Shown here: positions 19,556 through 29,077 of the stretch, one piece after another | How positions within the stretch are numbered: the stretch's first letter is position 1 | Layout: each line of letters starts with the position of its first letter | Origin: a virus | Direction: 5' to 3' (one strand) | DNA: 64,000 nt | Virus record (IMG/VR): IMGVR_UViG_3300050821_008688 | Coordinates: 1 to 64,000 of that record | The notes under the pieces: model-generated | The model's database searches: none | What the model saw: only the letters and a program-made list of their open reading frames with translations | Told to the model about the DNA's origin: nothing | Program-made: the position numbers and the translations under genes

Positions 19556-21469
19556 ATGGCAGACGTACCAGTTCAGACCACACAATCCGGGATGCCGGGA
19601 ATTCCTGATACCGCCCCTGCAACGACCACGCCCGCGCCTACGCCAGCGCCCGTCGCTAATCCGAACGACCCTGCGGCGGTTCAAGCGCAGATGGCCGCAC
19701 CCTTGGCGGCGGAACAAACCGCATTAGGGAAAGCAACAGATTTGGCGAACACCCCTGCCGCTGTTCCTGTGGCGGGTCCGCACGCGCGATTGGTTTCGAT
19801 GGTTCAAGGTTTAGCTTTGGGCATGGATGCGTTTGGTACGTCACTCGCTACGCGCGGAAAAGAGGGCGGTGTTCGGGAAGTTCAACAGGTTCAGGCAGAG
19901 CAACAGAACCAAAAAATTCAGGCACAGCAGGCCGCCGCCGCGCAGAAAAATACTCAGATTCAACAGCAACTGACCGTGGCGGATACAAACCACAAACTTG
20001 CTCAGAACATTTTGTTTATGCATACGGTTCCAAATGAGATGGCACAGAGCGATATTACGGTGAAGAAAGGAAAATTGGATATCGTTAGTCAGATGCAGGA
20101 TATTCGTGCGAAGGCGTTGCAGGATTTCATGCAGACTGGTGATAAGGCTGCGTATGATGCGACGCTGGCGCAGACTGGTGGTACTTCGGCTGCGACAGGC
20201 GCTACTCCCGCAGGTGGTGCTGCTCCCGCAGGTGCTGCGCCGACTGGTGCGGCTCCAGCAGCTAGTGGAATTCCTCCAGTTGCGGTCGCTGCATGGAAAA
20301 ATTCTGTGGATGCGGCTGCGAGCGCGTATCCTAATGACCCGGCTATTCAAAGCGCGCAGGCGGTGCTAGCCAATCCTCAGTCTACATCGCAACAGATGGC
20401 GCTGGCGGCGAATGGTGCGAAGCAGCGTATGACGGCTTTGGATGCGGGTGTGAAGTCCCGAACGGAACAGGCTGGAGCTACGGAAGCTGAACAAAAAGCT
20501 AATCCGTTGTTCAAGTTTGAATCGGACCCGAAGGCTTTGGTTGACCCCGGCGCGCAGGCGACGTTGCAGGCTTATGTTGACGACCCAAAGAACGCGGGAA
20601 ATATCAACGGTCTTGCTCAGGCAAAGATGCTGATGACGAAAGCAGGTATAGCTCAACAGCATGAGATTGATTTGGCGGGACAGAAAGCACAGGCAACGAA
20701 AAATGCAGAGATGGCTGCTTCAGCGGGCGACCCCAAGGTCGCTGGTCAAATGCTGTACGATGGCGGTCTCACGTTAGCGGACTTGAAATCGCGCGGCTCA
20801 TCGCCGAAGCAAATCACAGACGCTGTGGGACAGGCCCAAGCGATTGCGAAGGAGCACGGCCAAACATATAACGCCAGCGATGAAATTGTGGGTGAGCATA
20901 CTCTTCAACAGCCCACTAACCAAGTTTTCTTCGGCTCTGCTCGTTCTCTTGTGCAGGGTGGCGGCATGCTTGACCAATTGAAAGCGGCGCACGATGCGCT
21001 AGGAGCCACGAAGGTTCCGTCGTTCAATACGATTCAACAGTGGAGAAACTATCAGGCTGGTAGCCCTGAACTGGCGACATATCGCGCCGCAGTTCTTAAC
21101 TCGGCGGATGATGCGGCCAAAGTTATGGGTGGCGGCACTCCTACCGACTCGTTGCGCGACTTGTTTATGCAGACGTTCAACGCGAACATTGGTAATCTTG
21201 GTTTTGATGGCGCAATTAAGCAGACGCGCGACGGCGTACGTTCGCAAGTTACGGGTCGCATCGGCAATAATCGTTATGTTATGCAGCGCGAAGGCGACAC
21301 ACTTCGGGATACGCCAGCGCAGGCGGCTCCTGCGGGAAGTCCTGCTTCTAAGATTCACGCGAGTATGGCAGATTTTCTTCATGAAGTTACTGCCGCGAAG
21401 GGTAAGATTTATTCTGATGACGGTAAGACGTGGTACGATGCGTTAGGTCAACCAGTAACAGGAAAATAA
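19556..21469 (+). CDS. DNA ejection protein (helical, Ala/Gln-rich)
   Basis: Long helical protein in the ejection module. Confidence 0.7.
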   Translation: MADVPVQTTQSGMPGIPDTAPATTTPAPTPAPVANPNDPAAVQAQMAAPLAAEQTALGKATDLANTPAAVPVAGPHARLVSMVQGLALGMDAFGTSLATRGKEGGVREVQQVQAEQQNQKIQAQQAAAAQKNTQIQQQLTVADTNHKLAQNILFMHTVPNEMAQSDITVKKGKLDIVSQMQDIRAKALQDFMQTGDKAAYDATLAQTGGTSAATGATPAGGAAPAGAAPTGAAPAASGIPPVAVAAWKNSVDAAASAYPNDPAIQSAQAVLANPQSTSQQMALAANGAKQRMTALDAGVKSRTEQAGATEAEQKANPLFKFESDPKALVDPGAQATLQAYVDDPKNAGNINGLAQAKMLMTKAGIAQQHEIDLAGQKAQATKNAEMAASAGDPKVAGQMLYDGGLTLADLKSRGSSPKQITDAVGQAQAIAKEHGQTYNASDEIVGEHTLQQPTNQVFFGSARSLVQGGGMLDQLKAAHDALGATKVPSFNTIQQWRNYQAGSPELATYRAAVLNSADDAAKVMGGGTPTDSLRDLFMQTFNANIGNLGFDGAIKQTRDGVRSQVTGRIGNNRYVMQREGDTLRDTPAQAAPAGSPASKIHASMADFLHEVTAAKGKIYSDDGKTWYDALGQPVTGK

Positions 21470-21470
21470 A

Positions 21471-22904
21471 ATGGCGAATGGCGACGCACCCACGATTCAA
21501 CTACCTCCGGGCTACGAGGATGGGAAGCCCACCGCAGGTCCGCTTGCATCTCAATCTCAAACGGCGGCACCGTCTACCAGTGGTCTTACTTTACCTCCGG
21601 GATATGAAGACGGAAAGCCCACTGCGGGTCCACTAGCTACTGCACCGCAACAGCCCGGAATGCTATCGCGGGCTTGGGAAGGCGCAAAGCAGCTTGCCGC
21701 TCCCGTGGTAAATATGTTGAAACCGCCTGAAACTCCTACAGAGCAAGTTCTTCATGCAACGGCAGGTGACCCCGGCTTGATGGCATATCGTGCAGCCAAA
21801 ATGGTTACGGATACCGCAGCCGGAGTGATTAAAGCGGCGGCGACAGAATATCCGCAGGCTGTGAGAGATTATCAGCGCGCGGTAAAAGAATTTCATGCGC
21901 GGGATTATCGGAACGCGGCATCATCGGCGGCGAGTACTGCGGCAGATATTGGAGGCATACTTGAGCCACAGGCAGCTTCAGTTACGCAGGGTGCTCGTGA
22001 GATATCTGAGGGTGCGCGACCCGGTGGGAATATGATTACTCCGCTGGTACGGCAGGGCGGGCAAGCGGTACTGGCGGCAGCGGGTGCGGCTCCAGAGGCT
22101 GCGGGTGAAGCGACGGGTACAGCGGCAGAAGCGGCAGCGAGTGCTCCGGGTGCTATCTCTGATTTGGTCGGCAAGTATAATCCGTTCCGAGAGGGCGGCA
22201 GTCTCCGAGGATTAATCGCCGGTCCTGAAGAGGCAGGCGAAGCCGCTGCGCAACGTATTGCACAGCCGGGAGTCAGAGCCGCCGCCCCTCCTGTGGGGAC
22301 AAGTTTTCGTTCGGGCATTGATGTTCAAACTCCATATACGGCGGCTAAGTCTCTGTATAAAACTGTGGATGATGCGGCTAAAACAGATTTCAAAGGTCTT
22401 TACGATAAATTGGACGCTGCACAAGATGATGCTCGACTCGCAGCATCGGGCTCTCCTGAAGAAGCTAAAGCCCAGTTGAATATCAAAAATACTCAAGATG
22501 CTATTGACGATGCAAAAAAAGTCGCGGCTCAGTCAGGGGTGCCTGATGTTGATGCAACGTTAAAGGCGGCGGATGCCAAGTACGCGGAGACTCAGGCTAA
22601 TAAAGATTTCAACGCCAAGTTTTTTGGAAGAAGTGTTGAAGGGAATATAGCTCACGGCGCGCCAGAAACAATCGACGTGGACAAAGCGATTAAAACTGTA
22701 GAGGATATGGATAAGCCTAATCGGTATGGGCCATCACGTATGCAGCAAACATCTTTGGGAAAAGCAGGGACGGCCAAGTTGAAGCAAACCTTATATGATG
22801 CACGGAAGGCGGGCATCAAAGCGGTGAGTGACCGAACGTTGCGGAACAAAATACTAGCGTGGGGAATTCCCGTTGCGGGTGTTCTCTACGAAGCTACGAA
22901 ATAA
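21471..22904 (+). CDS. DNA ejection protein with duplicated LPPGYEDGKPTAGPLA
   Basis: Last rightward late gene; Ala-rich, with an N-terminal LPPGY repeat. Confidence 0.7.
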   Translation: MANGDAPTIQLPPGYEDGKPTAGPLASQSQTAAPSTSGLTLPPGYEDGKPTAGPLATAPQQPGMLSRAWEGAKQLAAPVVNMLKPPETPTEQVLHATAGDPGLMAYRAAKMVTDTAAGVIKAAATEYPQAVRDYQRAVKEFHARDYRNAASSAASTAADIGGILEPQAASVTQGAREISEGARPGGNMITPLVRQGGQAVLAAAGAAPEAAGEATGTAAEAAASAPGAISDLVGKYNPFREGGSLRGLIAGPEEAGEAAAQRIAQPGVRAAAPPVGTSFRSGIDVQTPYTAAKSLYKTVDDAAKTDFKGLYDKLDAAQDDARLAASGSPEEAKAQLNIKNTQDAIDDAKKVAAQSGVPDVDATLKAADAKYAETQANKDFNAKFFGRSVEGNIAHGAPETIDVDKAIKTVEDMDKPNRYGPSRMQQTSLGKAGTAKLKQTLYDARKAGIKAVSDRTLRNKILAWGIPVAGVLYEATK

Positions 22905-23097
22905 ATACTCGCATTAAACAGTAAAAGCAAATTATTGTAAAAAATCCAGTAAGCGGTCCTCCCAATAAAAAAGCCCCTCCGATTATACTGAGAATTAGTA
23001 GCATTGTGCAGACCAGTATTATCCATCCAATGAAATCCGCGATTCGGTTTGCTTTTTGTTGTTCGGGAGACGGCGTGTACGTGAAGGCGTTGGACAT
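22894..23097 (-). CDS. small 2-TM membrane protein (possible superinfection exclusion)
   Basis: Two hydrophobic helices; own promoter; SD AGGAG. Confidence 0.6.
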   Translation of the reverse strand: MSNAFTYTPSPEQQKANRIADFIGWIILVCTMLLILSIIGGAFLLGGPLTGFFTIICFYCLMRVFIS

Positions 23098-23151
23098 TTT
23101 GTTTCTCCTGACTGCACGTACAGGGTACCGCTAGATGTGTGTGGTGTCAAT

Positions 23152-23165
23152 GGTACGAAAGTACT
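23152..23165. promoter_or_regulatory. GTAC-N4-GTAC box abutting the -35 (TTGACA) of a leftward promoter
   Basis: GGTACGAAAGTACT. Confidence 0.75.
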
Positions 23166-23499
23166 ACTGGCCGCAGTTGTCGGCTATGAAAAATAGGGGC
23201 TCAGGTTCGTTGGGCAGCGATGCGGCGTCGGCTTTATCATCTGGCGGGTTTTGATTTTCCTCGGGCGGCACAATAGCAGCTTCGTATATGTTGTTTGCAA
23301 GCATTACGGCTTCTTCCAACGATGTCGGAGTCAATCGGTTAACGAAACGCCGAGTCACCTGAAAAGCGGTGCCGTTAATCGTGGTACAGAGAATCGGTGC
23401 GGCTGCGTGCTCCGGGTCGTTAGTGTCACCTATGACGAAGATGAAGACCGGAAATCGGCTGGCGTCACCGTAGGTATTCCATTTCATCCAAGTGTTCAT
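23164..23499 (-). CDS. hypothetical protein
   Basis: ORF in a coupled leftward string. Confidence 0.55.
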   Translation of the reverse strand: MNTWMKWNTYGDASRFPVFIFVIGDTNDPEHAAAPILCTTINGTAFQVTRRFVNRLTPTSLEEAVMLANNIYEAAIVPPEENQNPPDDKADAASLPNEPEPLFFIADNCGQ

Positions 23500-23744
23500 T
23501 GCAGTGGTAGAACCGGCACTTCGTATGCGTTCCCTCGCTCTATTGCCATCTCTACAATTCGTGTAGCTTTTTGAAAAAGGGTAACGATGTCGCTGGCGTC
23601 ATTGCGCATTGTTCCGAGTCCGAGATGAGGTTCGGTGCAGTAGACCAGTCCGACCACGGCGCAGTTGTGCTTCGTCATGTCGCGAATAAATTGCGCCATC
23701 AGGTCGATTACTTCGTCGGGCAGCTTGTTGTCTTCAGCCATCAT
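23496..23744 (-). CDS. hypothetical protein
   Basis: SD GGAGG; coupled overlaps. Confidence 0.6.
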   Translation of the reverse strand: MMAEDNKLPDEVIDLMAQFIRDMTKHNCAVVGLVYCTEPHLGLGTMRNDASDIVTLFQKATRIVEMAIERGNAYEVPVLPLQ

Positions 23745-23959
23745 ATCCTCCGCGCGAGATACCGAATCAGAATGACCATCAAATAGATTAGAGCCGCGAC
23801 GGTGACCCACTGGCACGCCAGATGGATGTAGTCAACGATGTCAAATGTCCCGGACGCCATCGTCACCACGTCGCGTGAGAAGTACACCGTTAACAAAAAC
23901 AGCAGTCCGTTGAACGGTAAGAGGAACATCACTGCGAGTGCTGCGAAAATTGCTTTCAT
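23741..23959 (-). CDS. small 2-TM membrane protein
   Basis: Hydrophobic helices. Confidence 0.6.
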   Translation of the reverse strand: MKAIFAALAVMFLLPFNGLLFLLTVYFSRDVVTMASGTFDIVDYIHLACQWVTVAALIYLMVILIRYLARRI

Positions 23960-24122
23960 GCTCGTTTCTCCCCTTCGCGGATTAGGCGAACTTGTAGTCG
24001 ATGCCCTCGTTGGTCGGGTAGCGGGTCGTATATTCGCATCGCTTTAATTACAGCGCCGCCTTGAACCACCTCTGTATCGGGGTGGTATTTTTTCAAGCCG
24101 CGAATGAGTTGTGCGACAGTCA

Positions 24123-24308
24123 TTAGAATCCAAATTCCTCTCGGGTCTCTCCGGGCCACAGGTCTCCGGGTTGCGGGTCTTGCATGTAGCCTTCGCACTC
24201 GAAATCGCAGAGCGAGTTCGCCATTTCCAATGGTGCAGACCGACCGATTGGTTTTTTTCGCCGATGGCAAACAACGCAGTCTACTGCTTTTCCTACTTCT
24301 CTGGTCAT
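24123..24308 (-). CDS. small Cys-rich protein
   Basis: CVVC...C..EC; SD AGGAG. Confidence 0.55.
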   Translation of the reverse strand: MTREVGKAVDCVVCHRRKKPIGRSAPLEMANSLCDFECEGYMQDPQPGDLWPGETREEFGF

Positions 24309-24466
24309 AAGGCTCCTAGAAATTCTTTCATTACCATGCGTTGCCGCACTTCGTGCAGATGATATAGTCGAAGACGACGAGGCTGTGTTTGCCGCCCTTG
24401 GGGCATGGACCGCCTTGGTCATCCTTCGTCAAGCGTGCAACTTTTTTCTTAGGCTTCATGTGGCTC

Positions 24467-25519
24467 CTAGAAGTTGTCCCTTAAGTACTGGTTCAATTTA
24501 TCTAGCCTGTAGGTAGTATCTCGCAACTGCACGTTTAATGCAAGCGAATCCGCATTGAGTTGGTTGCGGAAGATGAGGGCCAGAGATGTGTCGGACCCAG
24601 AGATAGCCGTGGAGGTATCTGCGATTTTTTGGCGCTCAACTTTTAATCGGCGTAGTTCCTCGGACTGGACAGCGACTAGGTCGCTCACGATTTTGTGATA
24701 GACCTGAATGCTCTGCATTACGTCGCCGACCTGTGCTTGTTTCCAGTCGCCGTACGCTTCTTCAGATTTGTTGTAGTGTTGTGATGCCGTGTGGCTCCCG
24801 AGATTATACGTGACGGTGAAGCCCGCGTATGGGCTCCCAGTTGGCACTGCGAACGGCAGCAGCGGTTTCTCTACGCCAGCGGTTACTTGGAAATCCCAGT
24901 TGTTCAGCTTCAAAAGTTTATCTTGAGCCTTCTGGGTTTCAACGTTCGTCGCAAATTCTGCATCGGCCAGTTCGGTTAGAGACTCAGTAGAGAGTGGAGG
25001 CACGAAAATATTCGCAAGTGCCACTCGGGTGGTTTGACGTTCTGTTTCTAGCGCGAGTTTTTGTTTGCTGAGTAAATAGATGGACTGTTTTGGAATATTG
25101 TGAGCCTCCAAAATTTTTGTGTTTGCGGCGATTAACGTGTCATTCTCCGCAATCGCCGCGTTGATTAGGGTCAATTTATATCGTAATGCGTCTAATTCCA
25201 GAGCCTGCATATCAAATGTGATACGTTCTTGGACGGTGATGGAGTCTTTGTAGAGTTGGCACTGCTTTTTGCCAATGGCGATAGTCAGACTGCCTTCGCG
25301 GATGTGATTGACAGAGTCAGTGAGCCCCAAAAATAGTTGCGGCGGCGTGCCTTGGGCTGGCGTGACTCCCGCCGTGGCGACTGGCGCGCGAAGCGTAGCG
25401 CCTTGGGCTTGGGACGACTCTTCAATATAACGGCAGTACGCCGTGGTGTCTTGCGCGGATTGGCCCCAGATAGCCATTGACCACATAAGCCATGTAAAAA
25501 GAATCGCTAGGTATTTCAT
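24467..25519 (-). CDS. outer-membrane-factor (TolC-like) protein
   Basis: Signal peptide; two amphipathic beta-hairpins (VATAGVTP..LFLGLT; WDFQVTAGVE..YAGFTVTYNL), each followed by long helices, matching the TolC two-fold repeat. Confidence 0.55.
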   Translation of the reverse strand: MKYLAILFTWLMWSMAIWGQSAQDTTAYCRYIEESSQAQGATLRAPVATAGVTPAQGTPPQLFLGLTDSVNHIREGSLTIAIGKKQCQLYKDSITVQERITFDMQALELDALRYKLTLINAAIAENDTLIAANTKILEAHNIPKQSIYLLSKQKLALETERQTTRVALANIFVPPLSTESLTELADAEFATNVETQKAQDKLLKLNNWDFQVTAGVEKPLLPFAVPTGSPYAGFTVTYNLGSHTASQHYNKSEEAYGDWKQAQVGDVMQSIQVYHKIVSDLVAVQSEELRRLKVERQKIADTSTAISGSDTSLALIFRNQLNADSLALNVQLRDTTYRLDKLNQYLRDNF

Positions 25520-26238
25520 GATTTCTCCTGTTGGTCATCAACGTTGAGAATGAAATCTGCGACACGGCCATGCAGAAGTTTGGCGTTCGGTATTACGCAA
25601 TGCCCGCCAATCTTGCCGGGGAAATGTTCAAGGACCGGGCGAGCTACTGAAGACATGCCGAGTGCGGCATATCCGTCATTGTATGTGTAGTTTGATAGTT
25701 TGTAAACTACATCGAAATCCAGACCGTTTTCTTCGCAGTATCTGTGGACTTCTTTTTCAAATGCGATGCACATACCGTAGTATGTAGTGCTCCACAGTTT
25801 CAAGGCTTCGGTCGTGCTAGCCTTGGGAGTAGCGAATGTTTTGATGCCGATTGACAGAAAAATCTCAGCGGCTTCTTTGGCACGCGGGCCACCAAAAAAT
25901 TTTACGAACGTCGTTATACCCTTTGCGAGATTTGGGTGAACGCCGCGAATTGGAGAGTGAACTACGCGATTTGAAGCGATACGGCAGCATGTTCCCATTG
26001 GAACTGTTGAGTGAACGATGACCAGTCCCTCGTCAGTCAAATAATGCAGTAAATATGCCCGCACGTTTTCAATGAAATGTTCGGAGTATGGAATACAGAT
26101 GTGGATAACATCTGCTCTGATGTCTGTGGAACTGTCCATATCAATGCCAACTACTTTGAGGCCACGGTCTCGAAGAACGGAATAAACTGCGCTGCCCACT
26201 TGTCCGTTGCAACCAACGACTAGATGCTGTTGTAACAT
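25516..26238 (-). CDS. UDP-glucose/GDP-mannose dehydrogenase family protein (short form)
   Basis: Rossmann VVGCNGQVG, HSTVPMGT, EALKL and catalytic GGHCV; SD GGAGG. Confidence 0.88.
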   Translation of the reverse strand: MLQQHLVVGCNGQVGSAVYSVLRDRGLKVVGIDMDSSTDIRADVIHICIPYSEHFIENVRAYLLHYLTDEGLVIVHSTVPMGTCCRIASNRVVHSPIRGVHPNLAKGITTFVKFFGGPRAKEAAEIFLSIGIKTFATPKASTTEALKLWSTTYYGMCIAFEKEVHRYCEENGLDFDVVYKLSNYTYNDGYAALGMSSVARPVLEHFPGKIGGHCVIPNAKLLHGRVADFILNVDDQQEKS

Positions 26239-26251
26239 TTGAATCCTCCCT

Positions 26252-27277
26252 TTAGAATATCCACAACGGTCGTCCGAAAAATAAGACTTTGGCTTTGCCA
26301 TCTTCTGGATTGTAGAGCGAAATTTCTGCGAGTGTGCCGCGAACGTCATCTTTGAACAGCGGATTCGCTCCGTGAACCTCGGCGGGAAACAAACGAACGA
26401 TGCGGCCCGCTTTGGAGCAAGCTACTATTCCAATCTTGCAGGAGTACAACGGAGCGTTCGGTTGCACGGCGGTGCCGTATGGCACAAACAGAAAAGTTTT
26501 GGATGGCCCAGACAATACGGCATAGACGGGACTGTCCTGTGCTGTCTGAAGGGCGTTGTCTAGGGCGCGAATTTGGTCGGTCTCGGCTTTGAGTGTCGCA
26601 GAACTGGCGCAAATTGTAATGTTGAGTTGAGAGATTTCGTCCAGTAATTCGGCGCGTTTGGTCAAAGTTTCCAGCATTTTTGTATTCGTCGGGTTGTGTT
26701 CCACAATTTGGTCGCGCAATAAAATCTCAGTGATGCGGTTGTCAGTGAATCCGTTTCTGGCTTGAGTCAGTGCCAGCTTCGCAGTTTCCGCGTCGCTCTT
26801 AGTCATTAGTCCCGTGGTCATGTCTGTATCAATTTCGCTGCGCAATGCTGCAACACTTGAGTCATCCGTGGTGTCTATATCGGATTGTTTCTGTTGGTCA
26901 AGAGAGGCAAGCGCGCGACCGCTCTCTTTAATGGCTTGGTCTTCGCGTGCGATAGCCGGGTCAGTTTTGTCGGCGACGGTTTGAAGTGCTAGTCGGTGAA
27001 TTTTCATCTCAAGAATCAGGTTGGTGAGACGTGCGGTATCAATAGCGAGAGCGTCCCGCTGTGCGTTGGAAGTCAGTACTTTGCCCAGCATGTCGAGGCT
27101 GGCCGCGTCTGAGGCTGAGAGCGTGACTGGCGCGCCCCAAGAGGATGCGGTGAGATAGTAAATGATGACTGCGCCATACGAGACCATGCCTCCAAGAATG
27201 CCATAAAGAATTGAGAGGCCAACTAAGCGGTAGAGTGTTAGAACCAAACTTGTCGCGCTTAATCTAAACTGAATCAT
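26252..27277 (-). CDS. membrane-fusion / periplasmic adaptor-like protein
   Basis: One N-terminal TM, a long coiled-coil hairpin and a C-terminal beta domain. Confidence 0.55.
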   Translation of the reverse strand: MIQFRLSATSLVLTLYRLVGLSILYGILGGMVSYGAVIIYYLTASSWGAPVTLSASDAASLDMLGKVLTSNAQRDALAIDTARLTNLILEMKIHRLALQTVADKTDPAIAREDQAIKESGRALASLDQQKQSDIDTTDDSSVAALRSEIDTDMTTGLMTKSDAETAKLALTQARNGFTDNRITEILLRDQIVEHNPTNTKMLETLTKRAELLDEISQLNITICASSATLKAETDQIRALDNALQTAQDSPVYAVLSGPSKTFLFVPYGTAVQPNAPLYSCKIGIVACSKAGRIVRLFPAEVHGANPLFKDDVRGTLAEISLYNPEDGKAKVLFFGRPLWIF

Positions 27278-28484
27278 TTGATTTCCTCACTTTCGGTTTT
27301 AGAGTTCTGTTGCCCCAGTCGCCGGAGTCTAAAGTGAAAATAGCCAAAGGCGCGAGCAACAGCGAATTAACAATCCACCATGTAGAATATACCAGCAACT
27401 TCAGCGGATGTCTAACAGATTGTGACGGGGTGAACTTTCGCACCAAGCAAAATACTAGAAATCCGTATCCGAAGAAAATGAGCGCGCGGTTCGGGTCTAG
27501 CCACGCGCCGGGATATCCTGCAAACAGAAGCGCGATTTGCAGAATTGAAATGAATAGCACCAGCGGCGTTAGGATGTAGACATACAGCGATTTCACGCCC
27601 AGTTTGTGAATGTGCGTGTGGACGTGGCGAACTGAAAAGAAAAAATCCCGAATTGTGGTACGTCTCCAGCGTAGTTGTTGTCCCCAATATTTTGTGAAAG
27701 TGTTTGGGACGGCGGTATAGCAAACGGCTTTCTCGTCCATGTAGGTACCCCAGCCATTCAGAAGCAGGCAGTGTGTGATGAATCGGTCTTCGCCGTCTTT
27801 GACTTGAACGCCGAACCAATTTCGGCTTTCTAGTTCTGGCCGTAGTTGTTCAAAGGCTTCGCGTCGTAGAGCGAAAGCGTAGCCGCCGATTACGCCGACC
27901 ATTCGCATCGCATTCTCAGGTTGCTTGTAGAGTTGGAACCCGAGAAAATAAATGAAGACTTGAAACGCGGTCAGCGCGTTGTCATTTGGATTGCGAACAA
28001 TCGCGGGCGCACCGACACCACCCAAACGTTTGTCTCCCAGACACGCCATTAATTCACGAATGCACGTTGGTCCCAGTGTCGTGTCGGAGTCTACAATCAT
28101 GACTATTTCGGAATCCGAGTGCGCCAGCGCGTTCAGAATGGTTTGGGTTTTACCAAGGTTTGGATTGTTGTAGAAGGCGCGCACATTTGGAAAATCTACA
28201 GCGGCTTTTGCTAGCCACTCCGCTGTGTCGTCTCCGCTGCAATCGTCGGTCACAATCATATCAATCTTGCCGGGATAATCACTGTGGGAAATACTCTCCA
28301 CTGTAGAATAGACTGCGCGGCCTTCGTTGAAAGCAGGCAACAGAATGGAGAGGGAGGGAGTATAGGAATAATCCTTGATGACTCCAACGTTCGGATGGGA
28401 AATACGCATAATCGCGCCGACCAAGTAGCGAGCGATTCCTACAATTAGCGCGATGATGGTCATCATCACCAAAAAAATCGGCAT
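27264..28484 (-). CDS. processive GT2 polysaccharide synthase (NodC / hyaluronan / chitin synthase-like)
   Basis: PAFNE, DD, GK, DSDT, GEDR, QQLRW and C-terminal WGNR; N- and C-terminal TM helices. Confidence 0.92.
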   Translation of the reverse strand: MPIFLVMMTIIALIVGIARYLVGAIMRISHPNVGVIKDYSYTPSLSILLPAFNEGRAVYSTVESISHSDYPGKIDMIVTDDCSGDDTAEWLAKAAVDFPNVRAFYNNPNLGKTQTILNALAHSDSEIVMIVDSDTTLGPTCIRELMACLGDKRLGGVGAPAIVRNPNDNALTAFQVFIYFLGFQLYKQPENAMRMVGVIGGYAFALRREAFEQLRPELESRNWFGVQVKDGEDRFITHCLLLNGWGTYMDEKAVCYTAVPNTFTKYWGQQLRWRRTTIRDFFFSVRHVHTHIHKLGVKSLYVYILTPLVLFISILQIALLFAGYPGAWLDPNRALIFFGYGFLVFCLVRKFTPSQSVRHPLKLLVYSTWWIVNSLLLAPLAIFTLDSGDWGNRTLKPKVRKSNDSV

Positions 28485-28720
28485 TAGTGTCTCGCCCTTT
28501 CTAGCTGTTTATTTCCACGCGATGTAGGGTGGTTGTCTTCGTGGTCCCAACCGCTGAAGCAGGTGTCGCAAACTCCGCGTTCCCGTTCCTCAGAGCGAAA
28601 TAGCGGAGCCCCGCAGGGTCCAACCTCGGTGACCGTCATGCGGCTGGTCTCTTTGCCGGTGTACATATCAATAGTGCCGTAGTCAATTGTTTTGCTTCGC
28701 TCAACTATGCAGGTGCTCAT
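28484..28720 (-). CDS. small Cys-containing protein, first gene of the polysaccharide operon
   Basis: Its stop overlaps the GT2 start; promoter TTGACA-18-GAGAAT upstream. Confidence 0.6.
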   Translation of the reverse strand: MSTCIVERSKTIDYGTIDMYTGKETSRMTVTEVGPCGAPLFRSEERERGVCDTCFSGWDHEDNHPTSRGNKQLERARH

Positions 28721-28766
28721 GTCTCAATTCTCCCTGAAAGTGGGTATCGGTGTCAAGGGCAATTTA

Positions 28767-28783
28767 AGACTTTTTGTCCTATT
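28767..28783 (+). promoter_or_regulatory. putative late promoter motif, copy 7
   Basis: AGACT-TTTTG-TCCTATT. Confidence 0.65.
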
Positions 28784-28801
28784 GGTAGAGAGGAAAATCC
28801 C

Positions 28802-29077
28802 GTGGAAGAACGCCGCCAGCACGACCGTTCGGAAGAGATTTTGCAGGCTATTCGTGATACACGTAAAGATGTTAACGACCATCGTCAAGAGGCGACTCTG
28901 GCTATTGGTAATTTGCGTACAGAAGTTGCTACGTTTAGAAGCAATATTGAAGTCCGAGTGAAAGCGACGGAAGACTATCAAAAAACGGATGAAAAATGGG
29001 CGCGTATCCATCACCTGTTACTTCCGCTTTACGCGATTGGACACGGTATCGCGGCTCACTTTGGCATTAGGATTTAA
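28802..29077 (+). CDS. coiled-coil + C-terminal TM protein (XhlA/holin-like)
   Basis: ERR start, coiled coil, hydrophobic C-terminus; late motif upstream. Confidence 0.55.
   Translation: MEERRQHDRSEEILQAIRDTRKDVNDHRQEATLAIGNLRTEVATFRSNIEVRVKATEDYQKTDEKWARIHHLLLPLYAIGHGIAAHFGIRI

Noticed and set aside
21501-21640. Duplicated LPPGYEDGKPTAGPLA as a DNA repeat element
   Set aside because: Codons differ synonymously. It is an ordinary peptide repeat of ejection proteins.
6508-22849. Many minus-strand ORFs in the late region
   Set aside because: Antisense shadows of long structural genes with no recognisable motifs or start signals.
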